A stretch of DNA of 64,000 nucleotides from the IMG/VR virus record IMGVR_UViG_3300043466_002666. The stretch is one strand, 5' to 3'. Positions 34,189-44,569 of this stretch are shown one piece after another. The notes beneath the pieces are model-generated. The model was not told where the DNA came from. It did no database searches and saw nothing but the letters and a program-made list of their open reading frames with translations. The translations under genes and the position numbers were made by a program. Numbering within the stretch: the first letter of the stretch is position 1; each line of letters begins with the position of its first letter. The stretch comes from a virus.

Positions 34189-34623
34189 TTATTCTGCTTG
34201 TTTCTTTTTTCCAATATTATATTTGGATTCTAGAGTCCACTCAGGTTTATCCTTAAAAGAAAGAACCTTAATTTGACTCAGTGGTGCCGAATCTGCAACC
34301 TGATCAGCGTTTACAATTTTAACTAACCCCCAATCCTGTAGCAACTGAGCAATTCTATTTTTACGTTGTACGTCATTTAAAAATAGATTAGCTCGTTTAC
34401 CATCAAGAGCAAATAACTCTTTGAAATGGACAATATAATATCTACCTTGCTTGTGCAGTATATGGCAAGATTGATATAGTTTTTTTTCTTTTCTTGATGC
34501 AACTCCAATACGAGTTAGAGTTTCTCTGACTTTTAGAAAGTCGTCTGGTTCGTTCAGAGTTACTTCAACCATTTGTTCTGGTGACCAACTCACTTCACTA
34601 TCAGCGTTCATGTTTTCCTCCAC
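34189..34623 (-). CDS. regA: Translational repressor RegA
   Basis: DDFLKVRETLTRIGVAS...QSCHILHKQGRYYIVHFKELF. Confidence 0.95.
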   Translation of the reverse strand: MEENMNADSEVSWSPEQMVEVTLNEPDDFLKVRETLTRIGVASRKEKKLYQSCHILHKQGRYYIVHFKELFALDGKRANLFLNDVQRKNRIAQLLQDWGLVKIVNADQVADSAPLSQIKVLSFKDKPEWTLESKYNIGKKKQAE

Positions 34624-34990
34624 GATTCAATTTAGCTTTTATAAATTCAAGTTGTTGTTGTGTTAATAGCTTTAAAGCAACTTTAGCTTTTTCATCACTA
34701 TAACCATAATATTGTTTTATGCAATCCAGAGAATCCAATTTCTCTTTCTTTAGCCAAGGAGAGAAACGTTTCTTTGGTCTGATAATATTTATATAAAAAT
34801 CATATTGTAACTTCTTGTCAATATGAGAATTTAAGTTCATCTCATTTGCAAGAAGTATAGTATCCATGAACCCAGAATAGCAACGATTGACAACGTATGG
34901 AGGATATTGACTCTCACATTCTGGATTAGAATCCATCAAATTTTCCTTTGAAATATTGATAGAATTTAAGTAATCTTTAAGTTCTGCCAC
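34601..34990 (-). CDS. gp62: Clamp loader small subunit (gp62)
   Basis: YPPYVVNR...ANEMN...QYDFY...YYGYS. Confidence 0.9.
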   Translation of the reverse strand: MAELKDYLNSINISKENLMDSNPECESQYPPYVVNRCYSGFMDTILLANEMNLNSHIDKKLQYDFYINIIRPKKRFSPWLKKEKLDSLDCIKQYYGYSDEKAKVALKLLTQQQLEFIKAKLNRGGKHER

Positions 34991-34994
34991 GAAG

Positions 34995-35282
34995 TCACAC
35001 AATAATTTTTTTATCTGGAGTAATAATATTACTATACATTTTAGTGTATTGGTCTACAATACCTTCATCTGCTTCAGCAATATATACCACAAATTTTCTA
35101 TCTACTGCAATTTCGGTTTGTGCTTTACTAATCATTGGAGACCACGGAGCAAATCCAAGTGTTCCTTGTCCAGTAGGAACTCCAACAATTGCATTCTCAA
35201 CAACAATGTAATCAAAGGTTTCTTTGATTACATTAGCAATTAGATCCTCACCAGAGGACATACGAATCAGTTTTACATTCAT
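34995..35282 (-). CDS. Hypothetical Sm-like protein
   Basis: VKLIRMSSGEDLIA...FAPWSP. Confidence 0.75.
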   Translation of the reverse strand: MNVKLIRMSSGEDLIANVIKETFDYIVVENAIVGVPTGQGTLGFAPWSPMISKAQTEIAVDRKFVVYIAEADEGIVDQYTKMYSNIITPDKKIIV

Positions 35283-35283
35283 T

Positions 35284-35670
35284 TTAAGATCCTCCATCCC
35301 GAAGTCCAGTCTTGGGATTTATACTAAATTTAAGTGGTTTTTTCTTTGAAGCTTTTGGTTTTTTGCTGTATCTTGTATCTCGGTCAAGTTTGGTAAAAGT
35401 AGGTTCAATATCAACTTCTTCAAATTTAACATATTTGAATAGTTTTGTTCCATCAGGTTTTACCATACTTAAACAATAATCTGGTAATGGGTTATCAAAT
35501 GTATACCACATACCAGTATTTCCTTGCCTAAAAAATCCTGTATCTTTTGGCAAATTTGGTAAAATTTCAGTTTTAAAATAATAGTGTTCAGAACTACCTA
35601 TCCATTTTGAATTTGCAGAAGCATCTAATCCGCCTTCAAAAATTTGATAATAAAATTTAGTTCGTTTCAT
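35284..35670 (-). CDS. Hypothetical protein
   Basis: ORF with ATGA overlap on the gp44 stop. Confidence 0.65.
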   Translation of the reverse strand: MKRTKFYYQIFEGGLDASANSKWIGSSEHYYFKTEILPNLPKDTGFFRQGNTGMWYTFDNPLPDYCLSMVKPDGTKLFKYVKFEEVDIEPTFTKLDRDTRYSKKPKASKKKPLKFSINPKTGLRDGGS

Positions 35671-36614
35671 TTGAATTTGCAATCGCACATCAATTCAGTA
35701 AAGCAAGCCAAAGTGTTGATCTCTTGATCTGCAACAAAGGCAGCTTGGTATTGGTATTTAGCAAAAATCAATACAGCCTGTGGTATTGATTGGGGTTCTA
35801 ATGATTTGTACATTTCATTGTAAATTTTACGAATAATTGCATTTACATCATTATCCAAATTCTCAACAACCCACTTACGAACATTGGCAAAGTTCTTTTC
35901 TTTCATGGATTGAACAAGATTTTTCAAATTTATGTCTGATACAGATGCTAGGATGCCAGTATCAATAACACCTCCAGAAGAATATTTCTGAAGTTCATTC
36001 AATACCCTACGCCAATCTGGCAAGAACTTATGAATTACCTCTGCAACAACCTTTGGATCATATTCGACATTTTGCTCCTCAAGTACAACCCGGACACGCT
36101 GGAAGAACTGTGCTGCGATTTTCTGCTTTTCTTTTCCTGAAATGTTGAAATCAAATGCTGCACATCGAGATTGGAGCGGCTCGATGATCTTATTCCTGTA
36201 ATTGCAGGTGAAGATGAATCGGCAGTTGTTATGAAACGTCTCAATATTAGCCCGTAGAAGGAGTTGAACATCGTTGGTTGTGTTATCTGCCTCATCAATG
36301 ATGATGACTTTGTGTTTACCAGTTGCTTGAAGTGATAGGGTCGAAGCAAAGTTCTTTGCCTGGTTCCGTACCGTGTCCAAAAATCGTCCTTCATCAGATC
36401 CGTTGATGACATAATAATCTACTCCAAGTTCATTACATAATGCTTTAGCAATTGTGGTTTTTCCAATTCCTGGTGGACCACATAAAAGTAGATTGGGGAT
36501 TTCTCCCCGCTCTACGAAATTTTGAAAAGTATCCTTAATATCTTTTGGAAGAATACAATCACATACTTTCTGTGGTCGATATTGCTCAACCCACAAGAAA
36601 TCATTACCAATCAT
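35667..36614 (-). CDS. gp44: Clamp loader large subunit (gp44)
   Basis: WVEQYRP, GPPGIGKT, DEAD, SRC. Confidence 0.95.
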   Translation of the reverse strand: MIGNDFLWVEQYRPQKVCDCILPKDIKDTFQNFVERGEIPNLLLCGPPGIGKTTIAKALCNELGVDYYVINGSDEGRFLDTVRNQAKNFASTLSLQATGKHKVIIIDEADNTTNDVQLLLRANIETFHNNCRFIFTCNYRNKIIEPLQSRCAAFDFNISGKEKQKIAAQFFQRVRVVLEEQNVEYDPKVVAEVIHKFLPDWRRVLNELQKYSSGGVIDTGILASVSDINLKNLVQSMKEKNFANVRKWVVENLDNDVNAIIRKIYNEMYKSLEPQSIPQAVLIFAKYQYQAAFVADQEINTLACFTELMCDCKFK

Positions 36615-36618
36615 TCAA

Positions 36619-37293
36619 TCAACCTCCAAAAGTGGAATCTGGTTCAAGTGCAATCCAATATTGCAAGTTATACTTAGTACTAATAAATTGAGAAATATTA
36701 CGGGGTGAAACTAGAACTTTATATACATCAGGAATAATCTTGATGTTTTCAATCTTAAAGTTAAAAGCAAACTCTTTGTCAGTCTCACCTACTTTAGCTG
36801 AATAGCTGTTGGATGTATCATTATCTTTGTTGCGAACTACAAGATTGATCTCCCCGTCCTCACTAATCAATGATAAGTCCTTGAGCTGGTAGACATTTGC
36901 TGCTTTCAAAAGTGATGATAGAACTTCTTCACTAAGCTCAAACTCAACATTCTCCCCATCCATAGGAATTTGCTTGTCTGAAGGACTAGTAATCAAACTA
37001 GGATCAGAGAAAAAATATTTTACTTTAGAACGACCACTTTTAATAGTTAGATGGCTAGAATTATCAAATACAAATTCAGCATCTTTGAATAGATACAAAC
37101 CTCCTAGAAATTCATTTAAATCATATAGAGCAAAGTCTTGTTCAAACACCTCTTTACATACATACTCAGCCAGAATATTTTTGACTGGAGATACTGTACG
37201 AATTACACTACCAGCTTTTACTACTAGAGAAGAATTGATAGTGGAGAAGTTCTTAAGAACATTCAAAGTTTCATTAGAGATTTTCATACTCAT
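36619..37293 (-). CDS. gp45: Sliding clamp (gp45)
   Basis: LKNFSTIN...YDLNEFL...YWIALE. Confidence 0.93.
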   Translation of the reverse strand: MSMKISNETLNVLKNFSTINSSLVVKAGSVIRTVSPVKNILAEYVCKEVFEQDFALYDLNEFLGGLYLFKDAEFVFDNSSHLTIKSGRSKVKYFFSDPSLITSPSDKQIPMDGENVEFELSEEVLSSLLKAANVYQLKDLSLISEDGEINLVVRNKDNDTSNSYSAKVGETDKEFAFNFKIENIKIIPDVYKVLVSPRNISQFISTKYNLQYWIALEPDSTFGG

Positions 37294-37598
37294 TTAAATT
37301 CCTGAAGACCGTTTTGTGTACGAGAATAGTGACTGTCAAAGTGAAGTAGTAGCATAGCGTAATGAATCACTTTGAGTAGATCTCTCTTATTGAGTCCATC
37401 TTTGTCACCATACCGGCTGCCATACTTGAGAATATTTGCTTGACAGAAGGGAGCAGCAAGACCTTTGGCTGCCATCAGATCAATTGTCTGAATGTCATTG
37501 TAGCCATCTTCATCACCGCAATAGTGACCATGATAGGTGCTGACTACATACTCTTCAATATCTTTGAGGATCTTTTCCTCGTTGTACTTCCATTGCAT
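37290..37598 (-). CDS. Conserved T4-like hypothetical protein
   Basis: YVVSTYHGHY...NILKYGSRYGDKDG...DLLKVIHY. Confidence 0.8.
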   Translation of the reverse strand: MQWKYNEEKILKDIEEYVVSTYHGHYCGDEDGYNDIQTIDLMAAKGLAAPFCQANILKYGSRYGDKDGLNKRDLLKVIHYAMLLLHFDSHYSRTQNGLQEFK

Positions 37599-37652
37599 AA
37601 TTAAGTCTCCAAATAAAAAATGGGGAGAGGAACTCCCCTTAGTATACCGCAA

Positions 37653-38765
37653 TCAGGAGGCGATGTCAAGTACCTCTTCGGTAGTTTCTGGGATAGCTTC
37701 TTCAGTAGTATCCAGATCAGAAGCATCAATATTCTTGTATAGATCTAGGAAAGAACTCTTCGTGTCATCATCAAAACGATTGATACATACATTGATTGCT
37801 TTCTTGCGATTCTTGAAGATAGCAAATGACTGAATGATGTGAACAAGACGACGAGTAGTGATAATTTCGTCTACGCCACCATCATAGAAGGTCTTACGAA
37901 TGGTGTCTGCCCAGACAATCAGTTTGTCCACAAACTCCTCATCAACAACCTCAAAAGAATTCATCAGGTTCATGAGAATCTTTTTCTCAGTAGCCATCGA
38001 AGGATAAGGCTGCTCAAAGGTGATTGGAAAACGCTCAAGGAAAGCTTCGTTCATAACGTTGGTACCAATGAAACGACCATCATCAGAACCTTTACCTTTA
38101 GTGTTTGCAGTGGCAATCACATTGAACCCTGCAGAAGGAGTTACATACTGGTTGATCTTCTTGAGGAAAACACCCTTGCCTTCTAGAACAGATTGCAGAC
38201 ACATGATCTTGTTGCTTGCAAGGTCGATCTCGTCGAGAAGAAGTACGGCACCACGCTTGAGAGCATTCACAACAGGACCGTCGTGCCATACGGTTTCTCC
38301 ATCAACGAGTCGGAAACCGCCAAGCAGATCATCCTCATCGGTTTCAATGGTAATGTTGACCCGAATCAGTTCACGCTTGAGATGAGCACAGGCTTGCTCT
38401 ACGCTGACAGTCTTACCGTTACCAGACAGACCAGTGATGAAGACAGGATAGAACATACCAGACTTCACGATTCGCTTTACATCAGTAAAGTTACCAAACG
38501 AGACATAGTTCTTATCCTTCTGGGGGATAAAGCTAACTACTGGACTTGCAGGGGTGGCAGACATAGAATTAAAGGTTTTTTCAAGTTGTTCGGTTACGGT
38601 CAAATTCCAGACTCCACGACTAGTTTTGTTGGGTTCAAGTGCTTTACAAATAGATGCAAGAGAAGTATCAGAGCTTGCAGCGTATTCGATTAGTTGTTGG
38701 CGAGTGACAGTCTCACCATAAAGAACAGACAGGTTTTGGACAAGCTGATCAATCATTTGAGTCAT
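37653..38765 (-). CDS. cobS: CobS-like MoxR AAA+ ATPase
   Basis: GLSGNGKT, LLLDEID, ANTKGKG, NEAFLERF. Confidence 0.88.
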   Translation of the reverse strand: MTQMIDQLVQNLSVLYGETVTRQQLIEYAASSDTSLASICKALEPNKTSRGVWNLTVTEQLEKTFNSMSATPASPVVSFIPQKDKNYVSFGNFTDVKRIVKSGMFYPVFITGLSGNGKTVSVEQACAHLKRELIRVNITIETDEDDLLGGFRLVDGETVWHDGPVVNALKRGAVLLLDEIDLASNKIMCLQSVLEGKGVFLKKINQYVTPSAGFNVIATANTKGKGSDDGRFIGTNVMNEAFLERFPITFEQPYPSMATEKKILMNLMNSFEVVDEEFVDKLIVWADTIRKTFYDGGVDEIITTRRLVHIIQSFAIFKNRKKAINVCINRFDDDTKSSFLDLYKNIDASDLDTTEEAIPETTEEVLDIAS

Positions 38766-38819
38766 AATGAAGTTACCTCGTTTGGTATGAATGTAGTATA
38801 GGGTAAAAGGCGTGGGTTG

Positions 38820-40979
38820 TCAAGCGATTTGCTCGATGAATTTCGATAAGATGATCTTATTGAAAGCTTTCTTTTTCATTTGAGTTTTGAATGTTACTAG
38901 TGGACTCGATGAGCTAGCTGGTGAGATATCAGTAGGAGTACTATTTCCAATCTCAATAAAATACAATTCATTATATCCTAAAGAGGTTGCAGTAAATGAT
39001 CTTGTGTTTCCCCACTCCGATGATACATCACTCCAAGATGAAAACTCATTTTTGAGATAACGAGAAACAAAAGATTTGGCACCATAGAAATCAATAAGCC
39101 TAAACCCTACAGCATTAGATCCAGTTACTTGTCGATAATAATCTACGAATGCACCAGTAATTCCCATACTACCATTCTTACTAATATTCATCATAGTAAT
39201 TTTGTTCTTTTTGTCCTGAAGACACAGAACGTCATTATTTTGAAGCCAACCAGCATGAACAATATTCCTTTGAGTTGGATTATGAACTGATGGACGATTG
39301 AATGATACTGAGTTCGATTCACCATCAGTCAAGAAAACTGTATTGACCTTATCGACGTTATACGTTTTTTTGAACTTTTCAAAAACATCAATAGCTGCAA
39401 AAATACATTCATTCAATGGAGTACTGCCTAGATCATAATGATTATACCCATAAGTTAGATATGTTTGATGATCTAAAGCATATGCAAGTTTCCAAACGTT
39501 TTTCATTTGATTTTCAAGTTGAGTAGTATTCATTTTACTGCTCAAGAAATTTACCAATAGAAAATCCTCAATAATATGAATCTGAGAGCCTTCCAGTTTA
39601 GTTCTTTTACTGCGAGACATTTGAGCATAATTTTTTGCTAGATTCCTATCATTGAAGGAATATACTTCAAAAGGAATTTGCACTTTCTTGCAGAATTGAA
39701 TTAGGTTAAAAAGTTGTTTGATGGTGCCTACTAGATTCCCTTGCATAGAACCAGACCAATCAAGATACATGATCAGACCATGTGACTTACCTTTAGGAAC
39801 AACAGTTACTTTCTTGAAGATATCGTCATTCCACTTGTAGGAATACATTTTATTTGTATCAAGAACACCAGTTCCAGCAGTAGCAGACCGATTGTATTCG
39901 GTTGCTCGCTTCTTCATTTCAAATTCCTTGATCAGATATGATACTGATTTCTTGCACTCATCTTTATAATTTTTGTAATCATTCTCTGCTCTGGCAAACA
40001 TGTTCTCATAATGAGTTTTATTCCTATATCCAGAATGACTTGCATCTTTGATGGTTTCTTTAAAAATATTAGGAAGATCATTTGCACAGTCTTTCCAAGA
40101 AATGATATGACTATCAATATTAATACTTGGAGGAGTTAGGTAGATATAGTTATTATTATTGATGCTAGCAAGTTGTTGTTGATTCTTAGCCCATGCTTTA
40201 TCAGTATCAGAAGTGAAGTCAGCTTCTTTTCCAGAATTATTAGAAGTTGAAGGAGTAGCTTCTTTAGGAGTATCTTCTTTTTTGTCAGAATCTGATTGAG
40301 TAGAATTTTGATTCTGGCTATCACTAACATTACTATCGAGACTTCGATTCTCACCAGAATCAGATTGTTCTACTTCTCCATCAGTATCATCCCCAGATGA
40401 TGAAAAAATCTGGAATTGAAGTTCTACTTCATGTTCAGTATGTTCTACAAGTTCTTTGACAATGTTCACTACATCATCAAAAGTTTCTACATTTGCAACT
40501 TTATCAACAATTACTTTTTCTTCTGGAGTGAAGTTAATAAACATTGCTTTATTGACATTGCCAAGTTTAAAATAAAGATTGATTTTATCAATAAACTTAA
40601 GTTGATTGATATCAATAGAATCAATCTCAAAGAAATCTTTGTCATTGAGTTCTGAATATCCACGATAGAATGCACGAGCAAGGCCAGGATACTTTCGCTT
40701 CATCAGCTTCTCAATACGAGCATCCTCGACAACATTCAAATACCCTTGAGGAAGATTCAGCTCACTTCCATACAAATCTGGAGTGTAGATGGCATGACCA
40801 ACTTCATGGCCCACGAGAAGGTCGTATACATCATTAGAAGTGCCTTCCCAGATGGGCAGAGTTAGAACTCGGTTGTGAGTATCAAAACTGGCAGTAGGAA
40901 CAGACCGATGCTCTACAGTGAGGTTTTCAGTGGCAAGAAGCTTCGCAAGAATACTTTTGGACTGTTGGATGTCGGACAT
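38820..40979 (-). CDS. Metallopeptidase plus VWA (CobT-like) protein
   Basis: HEVGH, LDWSGSM, TPLNE, LTDGE. Confidence 0.85.
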   Translation of the reverse strand: MSDIQQSKSILAKLLATENLTVEHRSVPTASFDTHNRVLTLPIWEGTSNDVYDLLVGHEVGHAIYTPDLYGSELNLPQGYLNVVEDARIEKLMKRKYPGLARAFYRGYSELNDKDFFEIDSIDINQLKFIDKINLYFKLGNVNKAMFINFTPEEKVIVDKVANVETFDDVVNIVKELVEHTEHEVELQFQIFSSSGDDTDGEVEQSDSGENRSLDSNVSDSQNQNSTQSDSDKKEDTPKEATPSTSNNSGKEADFTSDTDKAWAKNQQQLASINNNNYIYLTPPSINIDSHIISWKDCANDLPNIFKETIKDASHSGYRNKTHYENMFARAENDYKNYKDECKKSVSYLIKEFEMKKRATEYNRSATAGTGVLDTNKMYSYKWNDDIFKKVTVVPKGKSHGLIMYLDWSGSMQGNLVGTIKQLFNLIQFCKKVQIPFEVYSFNDRNLAKNYAQMSRSKRTKLEGSQIHIIEDFLLVNFLSSKMNTTQLENQMKNVWKLAYALDHQTYLTYGYNHYDLGSTPLNECIFAAIDVFEKFKKTYNVDKVNTVFLTDGESNSVSFNRPSVHNPTQRNIVHAGWLQNNDVLCLQDKKNKITMMNISKNGSMGITGAFVDYYRQVTGSNAVGFRLIDFYGAKSFVSRYLKNEFSSWSDVSSEWGNTRSFTATSLGYNELYFIEIGNSTPTDISPASSSSPLVTFKTQMKKKAFNKIILSKFIEQIA

Positions 40980-41002
40980 AGGTGCCTCAATTCGTTGCAC
41001 TT

Positions 41003-41042
41003 ATACTACCAAGCCCAACCCATCTTGTCAATGGGTTGGGCT
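41003..41042 (-). promoter_or_regulatory. Sigma70 promoter with -35 in the loop of a 12-bp perfect inverted repeat
   Basis: AGCCCAACCCAT-TGACAAG-ATGGGTTGGGCT; TTGACA-17-TAGTAT. Confidence 0.65.
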
Positions 41043-41053
41043 ATAAGCATTAC

Positions 41054-42766
41054 TTATATCTCGGTTACCTTGCTAAAGTTTTTAACTTTTTCAAACTGAA
41101 GAACTTTTTCAAATTTATCATTCAGTACATCTCCTTTATGTGATATGACAAATACATTAGTATCACTATCTATACCACGAATAATTTTCAGGAAATCTTC
41201 AGTTCCAGCTGTATCAAGTGAGCTATCAAATACTTCGTCAAGAATCAATAAATTTGTGCTGGCAGAATTTTTAAGTTTAGCAACAGATCTCCAAGTGAAC
41301 ATCAGAGATAAATCAATTCGCATTTTTTCTCCTTCAGAAAAAGAGCTGTAACTAAATTCATCACGAAATCTAGATTTAATAGTTTCCTCAAAGTTTTCGT
41401 CTAAGTTAAAGTTAACATAGAAGTCCATCAACTGAAGATATTTGTTGATAAGTTGATTCATCACAGGAAGATATTTTTTGATGATCTTTGATTTGATTCC
41501 AGTGTCTTTTAGTAGTGTAGATACGATTTCATAATAAGTCTTATTAGCTTTCATTTTGTCAACTTGCTTCTTTAGAGTAACACCTTCAGAAGCTAGAGTA
41601 GTCAACTTTTGTTTTTCGATAGCAATGTCTTTATCGGACTCAGAAATTTTTTGGATTTCATCTTTCAAAGAATCAATAAATTTAGTTAGACTTTTGCAGT
41701 TATAATTTTGACTTGCAATTTTAATGTTCAAGTCATTGATATCATTCAGAATTTTTTGTGACTGTTCAATAATTTCCTGTGCTTTTTCAATCTCAGTTTC
41801 TACTTCAGAAATAGCAGATTCCAATTTAGTAATTTCTGTATTACACTTTGAAATGTGAGTTTCTTTTACTTCCTCGGTTAAATCTTGATGACAGGTTGGA
41901 CAAACATCATTGTCATTGTAGAAACTTATGTTACTCTTGTGATCCGTTAGTTTGGTAGAAAATTTAGTTTTATATTTGTCTAGTTCTTTGATATTTACTT
42001 TAGGTAGTTGTATAAGCTCATCATTTTTAGCAACTAATTGCAGACATAACTCATCGTACTGCTCATTGCATTCTTTGATCTGCTGTTCATAATCTAGTAT
42101 CTGTTCATTTTTTTCATCAATGCTTTTTTGAGACTGTCCTGCAATATAATCAATATGATCCTTTTGCATTTTAACTTTTTCTTTTAGAAAATCAATTTCA
42201 GTCTCAAACGTCTTGATGTTATCATTATTAGTTTTAATTCTATCTTTTAGGATAACATTCATCGTAGAGAATATACGAATATCCAAAAGATCTTCAATAA
42301 CTTCTCGACGGTGTGCTGCAGGAAGTTGCATAAATGGCACAAATGTACTGGAGCCCAAGATTACAATCTGAGTAAAAGATTTGTAATTTAGTTTTAGAAT
42401 ATTTTGCTCCAAGTACTTTTGTTGATCTGATGCAGCAGCCACTTGATCTAGGATTTTACCATCAATCCAAATTTCAAAAATATTTGGCTTCAATCCTCGT
42501 ATAATTTTGTATTCTTTTGATCCAATACTAAACTCAATTTCTACTTTACAATCTTTCTCATTGATTGAATTGATAAGCTGATTTTTATTTACTTTACGAA
42601 AAGATTTATTAAATAAAGCAAACACAATAGCTTCAATTATAGTACTCTTACCAGCACCATTGGTTCCAACGATTAGAGTAGTATTGGCGTCGTTTAAGTT
42701 GATCGTGGTGGGAGTATTCCCTACAGCAAGAAAATTTGAGTACGTTACAGACTTAAATAAAATCAT
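41054..42766 (-). CDS. gp46: Recombination endonuclease ATPase subunit (gp46, SbcC-like)
   Basis: GTNGAGKS, CPTC, FSEGEK, LDEVFD. Confidence 0.95.
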   Translation of the reverse strand: MILFKSVTYSNFLAVGNTPTTINLNDANTTLIVGTNGAGKSTIIEAIVFALFNKSFRKVNKNQLINSINEKDCKVEIEFSIGSKEYKIIRGLKPNIFEIWIDGKILDQVAAASDQQKYLEQNILKLNYKSFTQIVILGSSTFVPFMQLPAAHRREVIEDLLDIRIFSTMNVILKDRIKTNNDNIKTFETEIDFLKEKVKMQKDHIDYIAGQSQKSIDEKNEQILDYEQQIKECNEQYDELCLQLVAKNDELIQLPKVNIKELDKYKTKFSTKLTDHKSNISFYNDNDVCPTCHQDLTEEVKETHISKCNTEITKLESAISEVETEIEKAQEIIEQSQKILNDINDLNIKIASQNYNCKSLTKFIDSLKDEIQKISESDKDIAIEKQKLTTLASEGVTLKKQVDKMKANKTYYEIVSTLLKDTGIKSKIIKKYLPVMNQLINKYLQLMDFYVNFNLDENFEETIKSRFRDEFSYSSFSEGEKMRIDLSLMFTWRSVAKLKNSASTNLLILDEVFDSSLDTAGTEDFLKIIRGIDSDTNVFVISHKGDVLNDKFEKVLQFEKVKNFSKVTEI

Positions 42767-43028
42767 AAGAAACAGTATCAGGAGGAATTACAAAATCGTC
42801 AGGGGTTATTACACAGTAATTATATCCAAAATTCTCACAGGCAATGATGGCATCCTCTTCTTCAATTTGCACTAGTTGCATTTCAGGAAAACCATCAGCT
42901 TCAAGAAGACCAATATAACGAAGAGCATCATCCTCGTCAACAAACATTTGCAAAACTTTACTTCCATCAGAAGTTTCTACTGCATATGCTCCTTCTTCTT
43001 TTTTGTCCTTGAGAGTTAGTATATACAT
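42753..43028 (-). CDS. Conserved cyanophage hypothetical protein
   Basis: EGAYAV...EDDALRY...DFVIPP between gp47 and gp46. Confidence 0.8.
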   Translation of the reverse strand: MYILTLKDKKEEGAYAVETSDGSKVLQMFVDEDDALRYIGLLEADGFPEMQLVQIEEEDAIIACENFGYNYCVITPDDFVIPPDTVSYDFI

Positions 43029-44077
43029 TACTGAATTTCAGAAGCTTCCAGGTAAATAGATTTTATGATAGATTTCAATTGAGATTTATCATGATTATTT
43101 TTCATATCTTCTATATATCTCTGCAGAGTGGTTAGGGTATCTTCGTGCTCTAACATTTCATCATCATTTTTATTCAGCAGAATTTGAGTATCTTCAATAA
43201 TTTTTAGATCATGTACTCCGATGGTATAAAATTTTTCAATTACTTTGTCAAAAGTGTATAGATCGGTTTTCTCTTCTACAATTACTTTAACGTAGCTATC
43301 TACGTATTCTGATAGATCTACTTTTGTATAATCATGTTTAATATCATCATAGTAAAATTTATTAAACATTCGATATGGATTACGAATAAATTTTAACTTT
43401 CTAGCATCCAGATCATATAGATGAAAACCTCTTTCTTCATTATAATCACTCCAAGTCATTTCATAAGGATTGCCAAGATAGTAAATATTATCACTTCTAG
43501 ATTTGTGATGAAAATGACCGGAGAATACTCGTTTAAATTTAGAAAATATATCTCTATCCAATCCACCTTCAAACATATGTCCTGGATGAGCTTCAAACCC
43601 ATTAATTTCAAGGTGTCCCATCAATACTTCTGATTTAGTATTTTCTAGGTGATTCATCACTTTGAACTGATTTTCGGAATTAATCCATGGAACCATTGTA
43701 ATGGTATTTCCTAGAACATCAATATCACAGATCTCATCGTATACAGTGATATTGTCATATGAATGTAGTAGTAGTTGGGGAGTATTTACTCGATTAGTAT
43801 TTTTATAATATGCTGTGTGATTACCGACAATCATATGAACCTGAATACCAAGTTCTTGTAGTCGATCATAGTAATGTTTTTTAATACGATCCCATGCAAG
43901 AAAGTCAATAGCCTTTCTATTGTCAAAGGTATCCCCAAGATCAAACAAAATCTTGATATTGTTTTTTTCTAATGTTGGGAAAAATACATTATCATAGAAT
44001 TTTAGAAAAAATTCCCAGAAAGCCTGAGAACCTTTTCTTCCATCCAAATGTTGATCGGTAATAATTGCACTGTTCAT
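43028..44077 (-). CDS. gp47: Recombination endonuclease subunit (gp47, SbcD-like)
   Basis: TDQH, GDTFD, GNH, SGHFH. Confidence 0.95.
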   Translation of the reverse strand: MNSAIITDQHLDGRKGSQAFWEFFLKFYDNVFFPTLEKNNIKILFDLGDTFDNRKAIDFLAWDRIKKHYYDRLQELGIQVHMIVGNHTAYYKNTNRVNTPQLLLHSYDNITVYDEICDIDVLGNTITMVPWINSENQFKVMNHLENTKSEVLMGHLEINGFEAHPGHMFEGGLDRDIFSKFKRVFSGHFHHKSRSDNIYYLGNPYEMTWSDYNEERGFHLYDLDARKLKFIRNPYRMFNKFYYDDIKHDYTKVDLSEYVDSYVKVIVEEKTDLYTFDKVIEKFYTIGVHDLKIIEDTQILLNKNDDEMLEHEDTLTTLQRYIEDMKNNHDKSQLKSIIKSIYLEASEIQ

Positions 44078-44544
44078 CGGTTGTTGCGATACTCAAGATT
44101 TTCTTTAATGCTATTCATATCAGACATATTAAATCCCATAATATTATCATCTGCAGCAAATACCTGATCGTAACCAGATCTTTCAAGTAATTTAGTTTTA
44201 ACTTCTAGTTGTTTCTTTTCTTTTTGAATTCTGCGAAGGAAAGCAAAGTAAATGATCTGTGTAAAATATGCAAATGGATTAGTAGATTTCTCTGGATCAA
44301 AGTTATCAATATATTGAAGACAGTTTTCTATACCATCACAGATCATATCATCCTTAAACATGTAGTTAACAAAATTAGGGCGATATGATAGGTGAGTAGC
44401 AATCTTTAGAAAACATTCGCCAATATAGTTAGGAACCCTTGGCTTTTCTCTACCTTCTTCTCTTGATAATTTAACTTCTTTTCTGTAAACCATTAAGGCG
44501 TCTAAAAATTCCTTATTGTTTACATAGTGTTCTTTTTTCTTCAT
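44074..44544 (-). CDS. gp55: Late sigma factor (gp55)
   Basis: HYVNNKEF...NPFAYFTQI..AFLRRIQKEK. Confidence 0.95.
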   Translation of the reverse strand: MKKKEHYVNNKEFLDALMVYRKEVKLSREEGREKPRVPNYIGECFLKIATHLSYRPNFVNYMFKDDMICDGIENCLQYIDNFDPEKSTNPFAYFTQIIYFAFLRRIQKEKKQLEVKTKLLERSGYDQVFAADDNIMGFNMSDMNSIKENLEYRNNR

Positions 44545-44569
44545 TGAAGGACTTGTTTCTGATGATACC

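Noticed and set aside
37839-38693. Long plus-strand ORFs opposite cobS, and similar shadows of nrdA, gp22, gp23 and gp17
   Set aside because: Antisense shadows caused by codon bias of well-supported minus-strand genes
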